Shown in pieces: positions 27,456 through 36,747 of a DNA stretch of 64,000 nt. Under the pieces are notes generated by a model. That model ran no database searches and was not told the DNA's origin. It saw only the letters and a program-made list of their open reading frames with translations. Origin of the DNA: a virus (taxonomy: Duplodnaviria; Caudoviricetes); IMG/VR virus record IMGVR_UViG_3300042271_000115, positions 4,173-68,172 of that record; one strand, given 5' to 3'. The position numbers and the translations under genes were made by a program. How positions within the stretch are numbered: the first letter of the stretch is position 1; the number at the start of each line of letters is the position of its first letter.

Positions 27456-30400
27456 TGAATAAAGATAATCTTTTTAGCTTAAGCACTGAGTATAAGCTTA
27501 ACAGTATTAACTGCAATATACTTACTCCATTAGGTACTACTGATATTAGCAAAAGTTCTACTCTTGAAGTAGCTTACTCACAAAGCACCAGTGATAAAAA
27601 TTTCGCTAATAACTGCACTGGCATATCTGGGTACGTAGAAATAAAATTAAGAAGCTATCCAGAGCTTGAAGACGGTGCTCTTCCCACTCATTTATATATT
27701 CCCAAGACACCAGTATTTTGTGACGCTGTCTCTGTTCCTGTTATGTGTGATGATGATTCATTAAGTGGAAGAGGGTTTGTTGCTATGCACTATAACTTTG
27801 TGCAGCCTCTGTTTATGCCAGTAGAGGCAGGATGTATGGAGAGATATCCTCTCACAACTCCCAGAGACAACATACTCGGAGCACGAAGCCTCTTAATGAG
27901 GAATGGCAATAAACAAACTTTTGGTATAGCAACCAACTATTTATTCTCTAGAATACGTGAATATGATAGTGGTGCTGGTGAAAGTGATTCTGTGTACGCA
28001 CATGAAGCAGATGTATTAGTATCAGATAATCCTTCAATAGTAGCAAAGACTGACGGGCTTTGTGAATCTGCTTTATACATAGACAAGATTGATCTTCTTA
28101 GAGTGGACTTTGATTATGATGAAACATATTCTTCTCCACATTTAAAAATAAAGTATGCCGTTGTTCCTGTTACTGGTTTTGCCGCAACCTCACAATCACT
28201 ATCACCAGATTTAGATTGGAGCAGCAAAGTATCTGGCAGCCAAAAGGTTGCTTTAATACCAATATCTGCTGCTCATTGTAATTATACTAATGATGATAAC
28301 GAAGGAGAATGGAGTAGTGATACCAAGTCTGAAGCAACGATAGAGACTAAGAGTATTGCTATTGAGTATCCCGCAAGACTTGTTAATGCTAATCATATCA
28401 CCGCATTTGACCAAACTAGCTGGGTAATGTCAATAGACCAGAATTCAGATTTCAACGAAATCTATAGAGATAATGAATATTCTATACATAGTGCCATAAT
28501 CACCTATACAAAAGTTTATGGCAGTAAACATAAATTTCAGTTTTCTCTTGGCATAAGAAAAGCAGGAACTGACAGAACTGCCTTTCCTTCTAACTATTCT
28601 CCTATTAACTATAGCGAAAGCTATGCTGAGCTCCCAGAGCATGAATCAGCGATAGATCTATCAGCAGCATATCCTGTTATCAGTATAGACAAAATTAAGA
28701 GCGATAATAAAGGAGCTTCATATAATATAAAGTTTGGTATTGATAAAGATGATCCTCTCTTAGGTTATCTAGAATACTCTAATGGTTGTGGATACTTTAT
28801 AGTAAATACATCTTGTTCAACATTGGAAAGTATCAGCCAAGCATACGGCATGTGTGGCAGTATATCTGAACATCTTGTTTGTGAAAACATGATCGTTAAG
28901 AAGAACTCTGTTCTTCATACTGCTTCTCTGTCTCATCTCGGATATAAAGAAGATATCAATAACGAACCGTATGACTATGATTCTAAGACTCCAGGTCTTA
29001 CTGCTTATTTAGAGGTTAGAGAATCAGGGTCAAGAAATGAGAATATTCCTGTGCACTCAATAGTGTCAACTGTAAATACATATGAAGGAAACTCTGACTA
29101 TGTTGGAGCTGGGGACAGTACCATGCATAGCATGTGGGATGGTAGGGCTGCTTCTATATTCTCTCCTGTGATATCATCTGATGGGCATGGAGAAACACAG
29201 ATCAGACAAGCGTCTCATCTTCTTACAAACAGTAAATTCCCAGTAATTATACCGAGCGCAGTATTCTATAATTCGATGGATACAAATAACGAATTATACA
29301 TAATGGCTGATGATGTAACGTCTGATACATGGAAACTCACTATCCCATATAGAGATGGTGCTACGATTGAGGTAACCGATAATTCCTTTGTAATAAGAGA
29401 TAATGAAGTCCCTATTATTGATCTTACAGCCGGAGCAGTCCCAGCACAAGCAGTCAACAACTATGGCTGGTATCTTAACCTTTTAATTTGTGCTGTTGAG
29501 ACTCATCTATGGCTACATGGAATAAAGTTTATCTCTTGTTGCAATATATCTTCCGGTTTACAGGATAGTATAGACACAGGAAGAAGTTATTCAGTCAACA
29601 CCTATGGATGGAAAGCAAGCTCATGGTCTGCAGGTGGCCCTGTTGGCCCGCACATTGTTTATCCTATGGTGGGGTGTTTAAATTTCTATGATACTCCAGT
29701 TATAGGAACTGGGAATACCCCCATTGATGCACTATTCTCTAAAGCAGAAATAGGGATTGACATATCTGGCTATGGGATGTTATCAACTCCGTCCACTACA
29801 TATTTTAATAATAAGAGGCTTATGCTTGCAGACGATACAGTATATGAAACATTGTCTAAGTATAGCAGAACCTCTGATCTGTCTACTAAATATGAGATAC
29901 TAAGAGAAAGCAGGGTCTCTCGTATTTATGCTATTGGTAATTATTTGGTAGTAGGAACATCTTCATCAGTTTCAATATTTGCAGAATACAATCAAACAGT
30001 ATCTATTCTCTCAACAATCCCAGGACAGCTTATGCTTGGGGTATCCATGTCCCACGATAGCCTATACTTTGCTGTCTTGAATAATAGCAATATAATAATT
30101 TATGAAGTTTCAAGAGATGGTATTATACCTATACATGAATCAAGTGGATCAAAGGCCATAGTATCCAATAGTCTTTCTCTGGGTACAACTGTAAATATAT
30201 ACAATAACGGCAACCTCTCAGTATACTCTATAGCAAGAGGACAATGTATATTAATAGCAGTGCTTGAGACAACTACTGCATGGTCTGTAGATGATATTGT
30301 CTTATCATCAACTGGCATAGAGACACACTGTATTGCCATACTGTCATCTGGAGGTATTAAGATAGCTAAAGAGATAACCATTGGAGATGGTTTAGAAGAG

Positions 30401-32677
30401 TATGAGCTTACATCATCAGAGTTTGTTTTCCCCAAACTTGCTGATGGTGGATATCTCTTATCTGGTGTACGTCTTATTTTTGATATTGAGCCTGATGAAC
30501 ATGTTCCAGATCATAGCACTTTTAACTTCAACGTAAAGATTAATGACGAAATAGAATATGCAATAGAAGGTGCTAGCGTAGCTTCCTCTAAGACTCTTTT
30601 GTTTGATGCTTGCCCAGCAACATACGCCAGCTATACTATATCAAAATGCCTTGTCCCCTTGCGAGGGATAAGATGGCTTGTACAAAGAATTCCCGATCCT
30701 GTCTATAGCCAGCTTGAGTGTGATACTATTATAGCAGTACATTCATTACCAGGGTATATATTTGTATCCTATAATGACCTTACTGTAGCATATGCTATGT
30801 ATGGTAGCGGAGCTTCCAAGATAGCTACTGTTAAGGGATTGCTACAGAATCATCCTGTTGCTGACCAGAATGGAGTTTACTTTGCGGTAAAGCGTGGTGA
30901 ATATATTATAGCACACATGCTATCCCGTGATGGCGCAGTTCCAGTATACCAGACCTATGGAGAATCTGCAACCATGTCTTGTGAGTTTAAGTCTGGTGTG
31001 TCAATGGCTGTATTGGAAGAAGGAACAGTATATGTTTATTCTATAGATAGAGGAAACGTAGTTTATAAAGGATCAAGTAACCTTCCCTTTAACTCTATAG
31101 AGTTAGTAGTGGCTGGTTGTGGTGACGCTAGCCAAACCCTTCTAAAGTGTCCCATAGATAATGATAACTCATTATATTATAAACTAACAGAAACTCCATA
31201 CGACATGAGCATCGATATAATGTCATCAGAGTATCATATAGCTGAGACACAGTATGGGAAGCCAGTGCTTACTGGAGTAAGAGTAGAGTTTGATTATATA
31301 AATGATAAGACCTTCGATATAGACATATATGTTGATGATGAATTACATTCTACTCATACTAATCTTGAAGTTGGAAGAGATGTAACCATCCCTATAGTTC
31401 CAGTTATAGGAGAACAACTGAGTTATGAAATTAAGAATTGTAGTGCAACAGTTCGTGGTGTCAAGTGGTTAGTTTATAATCTTCCTCTAAGAATCTATAA
31501 TCTTCTTGAAACAGAGCTTGTTGAAGACATTATAGTTATAGGGCAGTATGTATTTGTATCTTATAATGAAACTACTGTAGTTTATGCAACAGCAAACGGG
31601 CAAGCAGAGATAGTTGCGACAGTGGTTGGAAAGCTCATGAAGTTTCCTACTCAAGAAGAAGGTGATGTATACTTTGCGGTAAGCAAAGACGGTATGATAT
31701 ATGCTTATCATCTTAGCCGTGAAGGAATCATCCCCGTTTATGAGCTTGAAGGAATTAAAGCTGTTGTCTCTACAGAACAAGGTATAGGTATAGTGCTGTC
31801 AGTATTTAACGGCACATCGGTGTCAACCTATAGGCTCGTTAGCGGTAACGTTATCTACTTAGGCATTATAGAGAGCACTCCACTATCAACAGTAACTAAC
31901 GTTGGAACCTATAGAAAAGGCGACACAGCCAGTGTCGCCATACAAACAACAGACGCATTAGGGTATCCGAATACTAATAATATACTAAGCCTTGATCATG
32001 TACTTAAGCCATACGAGATTGAGTCATCAGAGTTCATCTTCCCATATATAAACGGCAGGTATTTGTTGTATGGGGTAAAGATTAACTTTGACAAGGCTCC
32101 ACTAGTTAACGATCCTCACAATAGCTTTGACATTACTGTTTGTGCTAATGACGAGCTCCACTATGTGTCGACTAATCATGAGGTTGATGCAGAGGTCGTA
32201 ATCAGATTTAGCGCTGTACCAGTAGGCTACGCTAAGTTTAGAATAGCTAACTGCTATCAGCATATAAGAAGCATTAAGTGGCTAGCCTACAAGCTTCCCC
32301 TTATAAACGAGACGATAGTTAATACTGGCAATGAAGAGATCGTTATTGACCCTGATCTTCTGCTCTATGAAGATATTGTTTTTGGTAGCTACCAGATCCA
32401 AAAGTATAGGCTTGCTATTATAGGTAAAGCAACTGAGCCTGTAGAGATTGATCCTCAGAACGAGAACATTTCCCTCTCGCTTAGGGAGCACGGGGCCTAT
32501 AGTCCAACGCTAACAGTGCAACCTAAAGACGGAGTAATCGATAAAGACATCTACGTTAAGTGGACTCGATTGGATAATGGTATGATGGCGACACGTATCA
32601 AGAACACATATAAGTCACAATCAGCATATGTCACTTGCATATCGCCAGATAACACATATGACGGAGGGACTTGGTAG
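27455..32677 (+). CDS. Large tail protein (1740 aa) with three tandem ~265-aa beta-rich repeats
   Basis: Recurring motifs YFAV, SR(D/E)G..P, SSE, G(V)R/K and (R/K)WL at 264- and 271-aa spacing. Confidence 0.7.
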   Translation: MNKDNLFSLSTEYKLNSINCNILTPLGTTDISKSSTLEVAYSQSTSDKNFANNCTGISGYVEIKLRSYPELEDGALPTHLYIPKTPVFCDAVSVPVMCDDDSLSGRGFVAMHYNFVQPLFMPVEAGCMERYPLTTPRDNILGARSLLMRNGNKQTFGIATNYLFSRIREYDSGAGESDSVYAHEADVLVSDNPSIVAKTDGLCESALYIDKIDLLRVDFDYDETYSSPHLKIKYAVVPVTGFAATSQSLSPDLDWSSKVSGSQKVALIPISAAHCNYTNDDNEGEWSSDTKSEATIETKSIAIEYPARLVNANHITAFDQTSWVMSIDQNSDFNEIYRDNEYSIHSAIITYTKVYGSKHKFQFSLGIRKAGTDRTAFPSNYSPINYSESYAELPEHESAIDLSAAYPVISIDKIKSDNKGASYNIKFGIDKDDPLLGYLEYSNGCGYFIVNTSCSTLESISQAYGMCGSISEHLVCENMIVKKNSVLHTASLSHLGYKEDINNEPYDYDSKTPGLTAYLEVRESGSRNENIPVHSIVSTVNTYEGNSDYVGAGDSTMHSMWDGRAASIFSPVISSDGHGETQIRQASHLLTNSKFPVIIPSAVFYNSMDTNNELYIMADDVTSDTWKLTIPYRDGATIEVTDNSFVIRDNEVPIIDLTAGAVPAQAVNNYGWYLNLLICAVETHLWLHGIKFISCCNISSGLQDSIDTGRSYSVNTYGWKASSWSAGGPVGPHIVYPMVGCLNFYDTPVIGTGNTPIDALFSKAEIGIDISGYGMLSTPSTTYFNNKRLMLADDTVYETLSKYSRTSDLSTKYEILRESRVSRIYAIGNYLVVGTSSSVSIFAEYNQTVSILSTIPGQLMLGVSMSHDSLYFAVLNNSNIIIYEVSRDGIIPIHESSGSKAIVSNSLSLGTTVNIYNNGNLSVYSIARGQCILIAVLETTTAWSVDDIVLSSTGIETHCIAILSSGGIKIAKEITIGDGLEEYELTSSEFVFPKLADGGYLLSGVRLIFDIEPDEHVPDHSTFNFNVKINDEIEYAIEGASVASSKTLLFDACPATYASYTISKCLVPLRGIRWLVQRIPDPVYSQLECDTIIAVHSLPGYIFVSYNDLTVAYAMYGSGASKIATVKGLLQNHPVADQNGVYFAVKRGEYIIAHMLSRDGAVPVYQTYGESATMSCEFKSGVSMAVLEEGTVYVYSIDRGNVVYKGSSNLPFNSIELVVAGCGDASQTLLKCPIDNDNSLYYKLTETPYDMSIDIMSSEYHIAETQYGKPVLTGVRVEFDYINDKTFDIDIYVDDELHSTHTNLEVGRDVTIPIVPVIGEQLSYEIKNCSATVRGVKWLVYNLPLRIYNLLETELVEDIIVIGQYVFVSYNETTVVYATANGQAEIVATVVGKLMKFPTQEEGDVYFAVSKDGMIYAYHLSREGIIPVYELEGIKAVVSTEQGIGIVLSVFNGTSVSTYRLVSGNVIYLGIIESTPLSTVTNVGTYRKGDTASVAIQTTDALGYPNTNNILSLDHVLKPYEIESSEFIFPYINGRYLLYGVKINFDKAPLVNDPHNSFDITVCANDELHYVSTNHEVDAEVVIRFSAVPVGYAKFRIANCYQHIRSIKWLAYKLPLINETIVNTGNEEIVIDPDLLLYEDIVFGSYQIQKYRLAIIGKATEPVEIDPQNENISLSLREHGAYSPTLTVQPKDGVIDKDIYVKWTRLDNGMMATRIKNTYKSQSAYVTCISPDNTYDGGTW

Positions 32678-33456
32678 TGGCAGTCACTACTATTCTTTTT
32701 AAGCGAGGGAACTCTCCCCTACCACCAAACGCTTTGCTACCAGGAGAACCTGGGTGGGAACTGGATACAGGCGAGCTGTACATTGGAATGCCCGATGGCT
32801 CACAGAAGAAGATCAATACGCTGACCACAGAGGAACTGATTGAGATACGTGGAGACGTTTTGCAGGCGCTGACGGATTCATTGGACGCGCGCAAGATCGC
32901 TGCGTATCGCACTGCTTACCGTGTGGTGCCGCAAACAGAGTATGTCGAAACATTTGTGCTCGACAACGTCAAGCGCTGTTATACTGGCAGAATGAAGATA
33001 GTTCTCGATGGGGTCTCAGGTATTCGCTACCGGGACATCCTCCCAGGATCAGCAATCGTGGCACAAACCCGAATATCCACAGCGTCCGACGGCAGCAGCT
33101 ATAGCATGTATTATGTGGACAGCATGGATTACAATACTGGGATAGCATCCCTGCAAGCAATATCGAGAGCAGAGGCTGCGGCTATAGGTGTCGTTGTTAT
33201 CAGCAAGGAATATGTCCGAGGAAGCTCAGCACCATCATCCAATCAACGCAATCCAAGGTTTGAAATATGGCATCCCGACGGGGTATTGGGTGACCTCTTA
33301 TGGTATTTGCATCCGTTCTACCCGATTAGCTACTACTTACGTGAATACACCCCCAATACAATAACTGGTGGGAACATCTACATACAAGGTAATGAACCCA
33401 GCGATCCAGATTGCGTCTGGATCGATACAAATGGCATAGACCTAATAACAGAATAA
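32671..33456 (+). CDS. Tail fibre-associated protein with an Mtd_N-like N-terminal domain
   Basis: ILFKRG...LLPGEPGWELDTGELYIG; C-terminal IYIQGNEPSDPDCVWIDT fibre motif. Confidence 0.6.
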   Translation: MVVAVTTILFKRGNSPLPPNALLPGEPGWELDTGELYIGMPDGSQKKINTLTTEELIEIRGDVLQALTDSLDARKIAAYRTAYRVVPQTEYVETFVLDNVKRCYTGRMKIVLDGVSGIRYRDILPGSAIVAQTRISTASDGSSYSMYYVDSMDYNTGIASLQAISRAEAAAIGVVVISKEYVRGSSAPSSNQRNPRFEIWHPDGVLGDLLWYLHPFYPISYYLREYTPNTITGGNIYIQGNEPSDPDCVWIDTNGIDLITE

Positions 33457-33467
33457 AGGAGATAACA

Positions 33468-34385
33468 ATGCCATCAAAACTAAAAAGAATACTACTTACA
33501 GACATGCAGTACTGGAACGGTACAGCATGGGCAGACCTGAAGGCAAGAGACCTGTCTCTTTCCCCAGAGATTCAGACCACCATCCCACTCAAGTGGGACG
33601 AAGAAACAAGCACGGGGCATGGCGTGCTTCTGTCTACATATAGTGGTAATGACATCCCGGTAAACCTGTCTGGAGACATTAACTTTGAAAACTTCAAAAT
33701 AGACAACCCGCTTAATAGTCCGAACTGCACGCTGTTTCACTCAATGGGCAATGGTCTTGGTGATGCCGCAAACAGAAAGACAACGCTCATCAAATACAAG
33801 ACTGTGTGTATAGTGGAAGATTCCGAGACTGAATTTCCAGAGCTATCCACGGACTTTTCATACTTCATGATTAAATCGAGTTTCGCGTCAAATGCGCTAG
33901 TAAGCGGGGGTCCTTCTGGAACCCAGCTGGGGTCTTCGTTTAGCGTTAATCTTAAGTTCAATTTTCCTATGTTCCAATCGGGGGCTGGAACGCAAGCCTA
34001 CCAAGCTATAGAGTCAATGCTGAGCGAAAAAAATAACTGGGTATTGGGATTACTGAAAAATGGTGCTTCCCTCCCATACTACGGAGCGCCAACATCTGTT
34101 GTGCTTGGTGTTCCATCGTTTGGTTCTGGAGACTATGGATATGGGTACATCCCAGTAACCATATCCCGAATGTTTAGCGGACTGTCAAGTGGGGAGTATA
34201 CCCTCACTGCAAGGTTCAAGAAGAATGACAATGGGGACACCACCGCTTGGATGGATATCCCTGCTGCCTACGAAATAACAGTACAGCTTACTATCGGCGT
34301 GGCAAACCCGGACAACCCAATGATCATCACAAACGATGCAGATGTGAGTCTTACCGTTACCATTTCCACTGGAGCAGGATCATAA
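33468..34385 (+). CDS. Tail/fibre-associated protein (start MPSKLKR)
   Basis: AAAGGAG RBS before the ATG at 33468, inside track ORF 33411-34385. Confidence 0.55.
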   Translation: MPSKLKRILLTDMQYWNGTAWADLKARDLSLSPEIQTTIPLKWDEETSTGHGVLLSTYSGNDIPVNLSGDINFENFKIDNPLNSPNCTLFHSMGNGLGDAANRKTTLIKYKTVCIVEDSETEFPELSTDFSYFMIKSSFASNALVSGGPSGTQLGSSFSVNLKFNFPMFQSGAGTQAYQAIESMLSEKNNWVLGLLKNGASLPYYGAPTSVVLGVPSFGSGDYGYGYIPVTISRMFSGLSSGEYTLTARFKKNDNGDTTAWMDIPAAYEITVQLTIGVANPDNPMIITNDADVSLTVTISTGAGS

Positions 34386-34813
34386 TGAAGCGATCTGGTA
34401 TGGCAGTAATTGCTAGCAAGCGCAACAATAGAAATGTGCGTGTGTTCATCCCTGAGAAGGTACGCAAGGGCGGAGTAACTTACACTCAAGCGTACACGTT
34501 TATCCATGTTGGATCTACGCCCCCTGGGATAATTATCACCAATGACGCATATATAAGCTTGTCTGTTTCAATTTCTACCAACACTATCGTGGCAACATCT
34601 CCATTTAGCAAGCTGCTTCTGCTCACGTATCTGGGCAGGATAGTGCGATCTCTGGATAAATCCGAGACTGGGGTCTTCAGGGTTTTGCGCCAGCCTGAAG
34701 AAGGATACGTCCCCCTCCCAGTAGAACCAAACCCAGACGGTAGCCAGCCTGCCCCATCAGATCCGGCTGACGAGGCATACTATCGTGGACAGGCAAAGAT
34801 AGACTTCGAATAA
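34385..34813 (+). CDS. Tail-associated hypothetical protein (start MKRSGM)
   Basis: TAATG coupling; shares an ITNDA.xSLxVxIST motif with the previous ORF. Confidence 0.5.
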   Translation: MKRSGMAVIASKRNNRNVRVFIPEKVRKGGVTYTQAYTFIHVGSTPPGIIITNDAYISLSVSISTNTIVATSPFSKLLLLTYLGRIVRSLDKSETGVFRVLRQPEEGYVPLPVEPNPDGSQPAPSDPADEAYYRGQAKIDFE

Positions 34814-34822
34814 GTATAATGC

Positions 34823-34850
34823 TTGACAAGATAAACAATATAGAAAGAAT
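34823..34850 (+). promoter_or_regulatory. Putative promoter for the ejection-protein/RNAP operon
   Basis: TTGACA-16 nt-AAGAAT; shares the 12-mer ATGCTTGACAAG with the 11103-11114 promoter. Confidence 0.45.
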
Positions 34851-34900
34851 AGACGTGCCTGTATGCCAGGCTATAAAATTTATACACGCAGAGGTGTAAA

Positions 34901-35479
34901 ATGAGTTTTTGGGAAAACATAATAAAGCCAGCCGCAATGGCAGTGGCTCCATTGCTTGGGCCAGCTGGAATAGCTGTTGGCGCAGGAGCTACTATTGCAG
35001 GCTCTATGATTTCAGCCAATAATGAGAACAAGGCCTTGCGTAAGCAAGTAGATGAATATAACAAGAACCTTGAAAAGCAAGCTGTTAGGACACACAACCT
35101 TGCAGCCTCTGAAGGAATAGGTCAACAAGCAGCATATAGCTGGGCGTCAAACATGATTCGCAAGCACCAGGATAATCCTGCTGCTCTTCAGAGCGCAACA
35201 AGTATAGCTGCCAATAAGCTTCAGTCTTCTTCTGATAGAGCAGCTCAACTAAGAGCTGCGGCTATAGACATATTGTCTAAGCGTATGGTTAAGCCTAGAA
35301 AACTTACTGGTGCGCAACTTGCAATGACTGGGCTAAAGACAGGTATTGATGCCGCTTCTACAATAACAAACATCATCAGCGGATTTAAGACTGGCACCCC
35401 TATTCCTCAATCTGGTCTGTCTGAACCTATATCAATGCTTGATTCTAAGTATATTGATCAACCAACATATTTTGCGTAG
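34901..35479 (+). CDS. Internal virion (ejection/pilot-like) protein
   Basis: Gly/Ala hydrophobic N-terminus (AVAPLLGPAGIAVGAGATIAGSMIS) followed by a coiled coil. Confidence 0.6.
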   Translation: MSFWENIIKPAAMAVAPLLGPAGIAVGAGATIAGSMISANNENKALRKQVDEYNKNLEKQAVRTHNLAASEGIGQQAAYSWASNMIRKHQDNPAALQSATSIAANKLQSSSDRAAQLRAAAIDILSKRMVKPRKLTGAQLAMTGLKTGIDAASTITNIISGFKTGTPIPQSGLSEPISMLDSKYIDQPTYFA

Positions 35480-35490
35480 AGAGGTAAATA

Positions 35491-35838
35491 ATGGCTAAGT
35501 ATAGTTATATTAGCGGTGCTGGTGAAGTAAGAGAAGTAGAGTCAGATAACTCTATAATAGAATCTCTTAGAGCTGCAACAGCCGCTCTTCAGAATAAAAG
35601 ACAGCTCGGCATACAGGAGTTTGGCGCACGGGCTCAAGCCAGACTTACTGATTCACAAGCTGCTCTTAATAGAGCTACTGCTAGCTATAGATCCATGTTG
35701 GAAAGCATGGCAATAAAAGATAAGGAAGACAAAGAAAAAGAATATGAAGCCAATAGAGCTAAGGAAGAAGAATATAATAGGTATCTAAACATACTGAATT
35801 ATATTTATGGAGACCTCAATGGAACAAGGCAATATTGA
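35491..35838 (+). CDS. Internal virion protein candidate
   Basis: Helical Ala/Gln-rich ORF in the ejection cluster. Confidence 0.45.
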   Translation: MAKYSYISGAGEVREVESDNSIIESLRAATAALQNKRQLGIQEFGARAQARLTDSQAALNRATASYRSMLESMAIKDKEDKEKEYEANRAKEEEYNRYLNILNYIYGDLNGTRQY

Positions 35839-36742
35839 CGACAGAAATGTCTTTGAACAGCTTAAGGATAAATGGACAACTAAGGAGCCTTCTGCTACGG
35901 CATCGGGATGGGAATCCGTATTACCCGATAAAGGAACTAATCTTTCCAGTTCTTCTGAGTCTAATAGTTCAGGCAATAGTTCAGGTGGTAAAGCAAGCAC
36001 AAGCGTTGCTTCTGGTGGTTCTAAAGAAGCTGATCAAATGATGAGTGTAGCCAATGATATACTTCTTAGTATCTATAACGAAGATTTAGGAAGTATTAAG
36101 GGATTGCTTGGCAAAATAGATGAGCTTGTAGAAGCATCTAATCCCAGTGATAGTAAGAGTATTGAGGCGAGTAAAGCTGATTTATCGAAGAAAGCCTTTA
36201 ATGCCGCCGAAGAAAAGTATAAGTCTGTCTTAATGATGTTGGCTGGAGTAGATGGTGCTGCTGCTTTGTATGACAAAGCAAGCGCAGACTATAACAATTT
36301 TAGCTCTCTTAGACAGAGGCTAGAAGATAATCCCCAAGCCTATATTGCGTATAAGAAAGCTCAGATGTATAATGAGTTGTCTAACTATATTAAGGCAGCT
36401 GGCGATTCTATATCTTATGAAAGAGTTGGCGTAGGTAACATGGTGAATGGTATTGCGAATATCTTCCAAGCACACGCCCAACAAGGGCTTAATCGCTTTA
36501 ATCAGGAAATGAGCATAAGAAGTAATGCTAGGCAGGAACAACAGGCACAGCAAAATACTGCTGTTCATAGAAATAACATGATAGACCATGAGACCCGAAA
36601 AATAATAACTACCTATGGCTTACCTGATGCAGCATATGGTCGTGTATGGGAAGTTGTTTCTAATAATGATAAGCTAACGAAGAGCCAGTTTAATGAAAGG
36701 CTGATCAAAATAATTAATGATTTTACGGTTAAACAAAGGTAA
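35807..36742 (+). CDS. Internal virion protein candidate
   Basis: Ser-rich linker and helical coiled coils; precedes the giant ORF. Confidence 0.5.
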   Translation: METSMEQGNIDDRNVFEQLKDKWTTKEPSATASGWESVLPDKGTNLSSSSESNSSGNSSGGKASTSVASGGSKEADQMMSVANDILLSIYNEDLGSIKGLLGKIDELVEASNPSDSKSIEASKADLSKKAFNAAEEKYKSVLMMLAGVDGAAALYDKASADYNNFSSLRQRLEDNPQAYIAYKKAQMYNELSNYIKAAGDSISYERVGVGNMVNGIANIFQAHAQQGLNRFNQEMSIRSNARQEQQAQQNTAVHRNNMIDHETRKIITTYGLPDAAYGRVWEVVSNNDKLTKSQFNERLIKIINDFTVKQR

Positions 36743-36747
36743 AAGCA

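Noticed and set aside
32671-34813. Diversity-generating retroelement, suggested by the Mtd_N-like domain
   Set aside because: No reverse transcriptase in the window. The only repeat (ITNDA motif) differs at many non-adenine positions, unlike a TR/VR pair.
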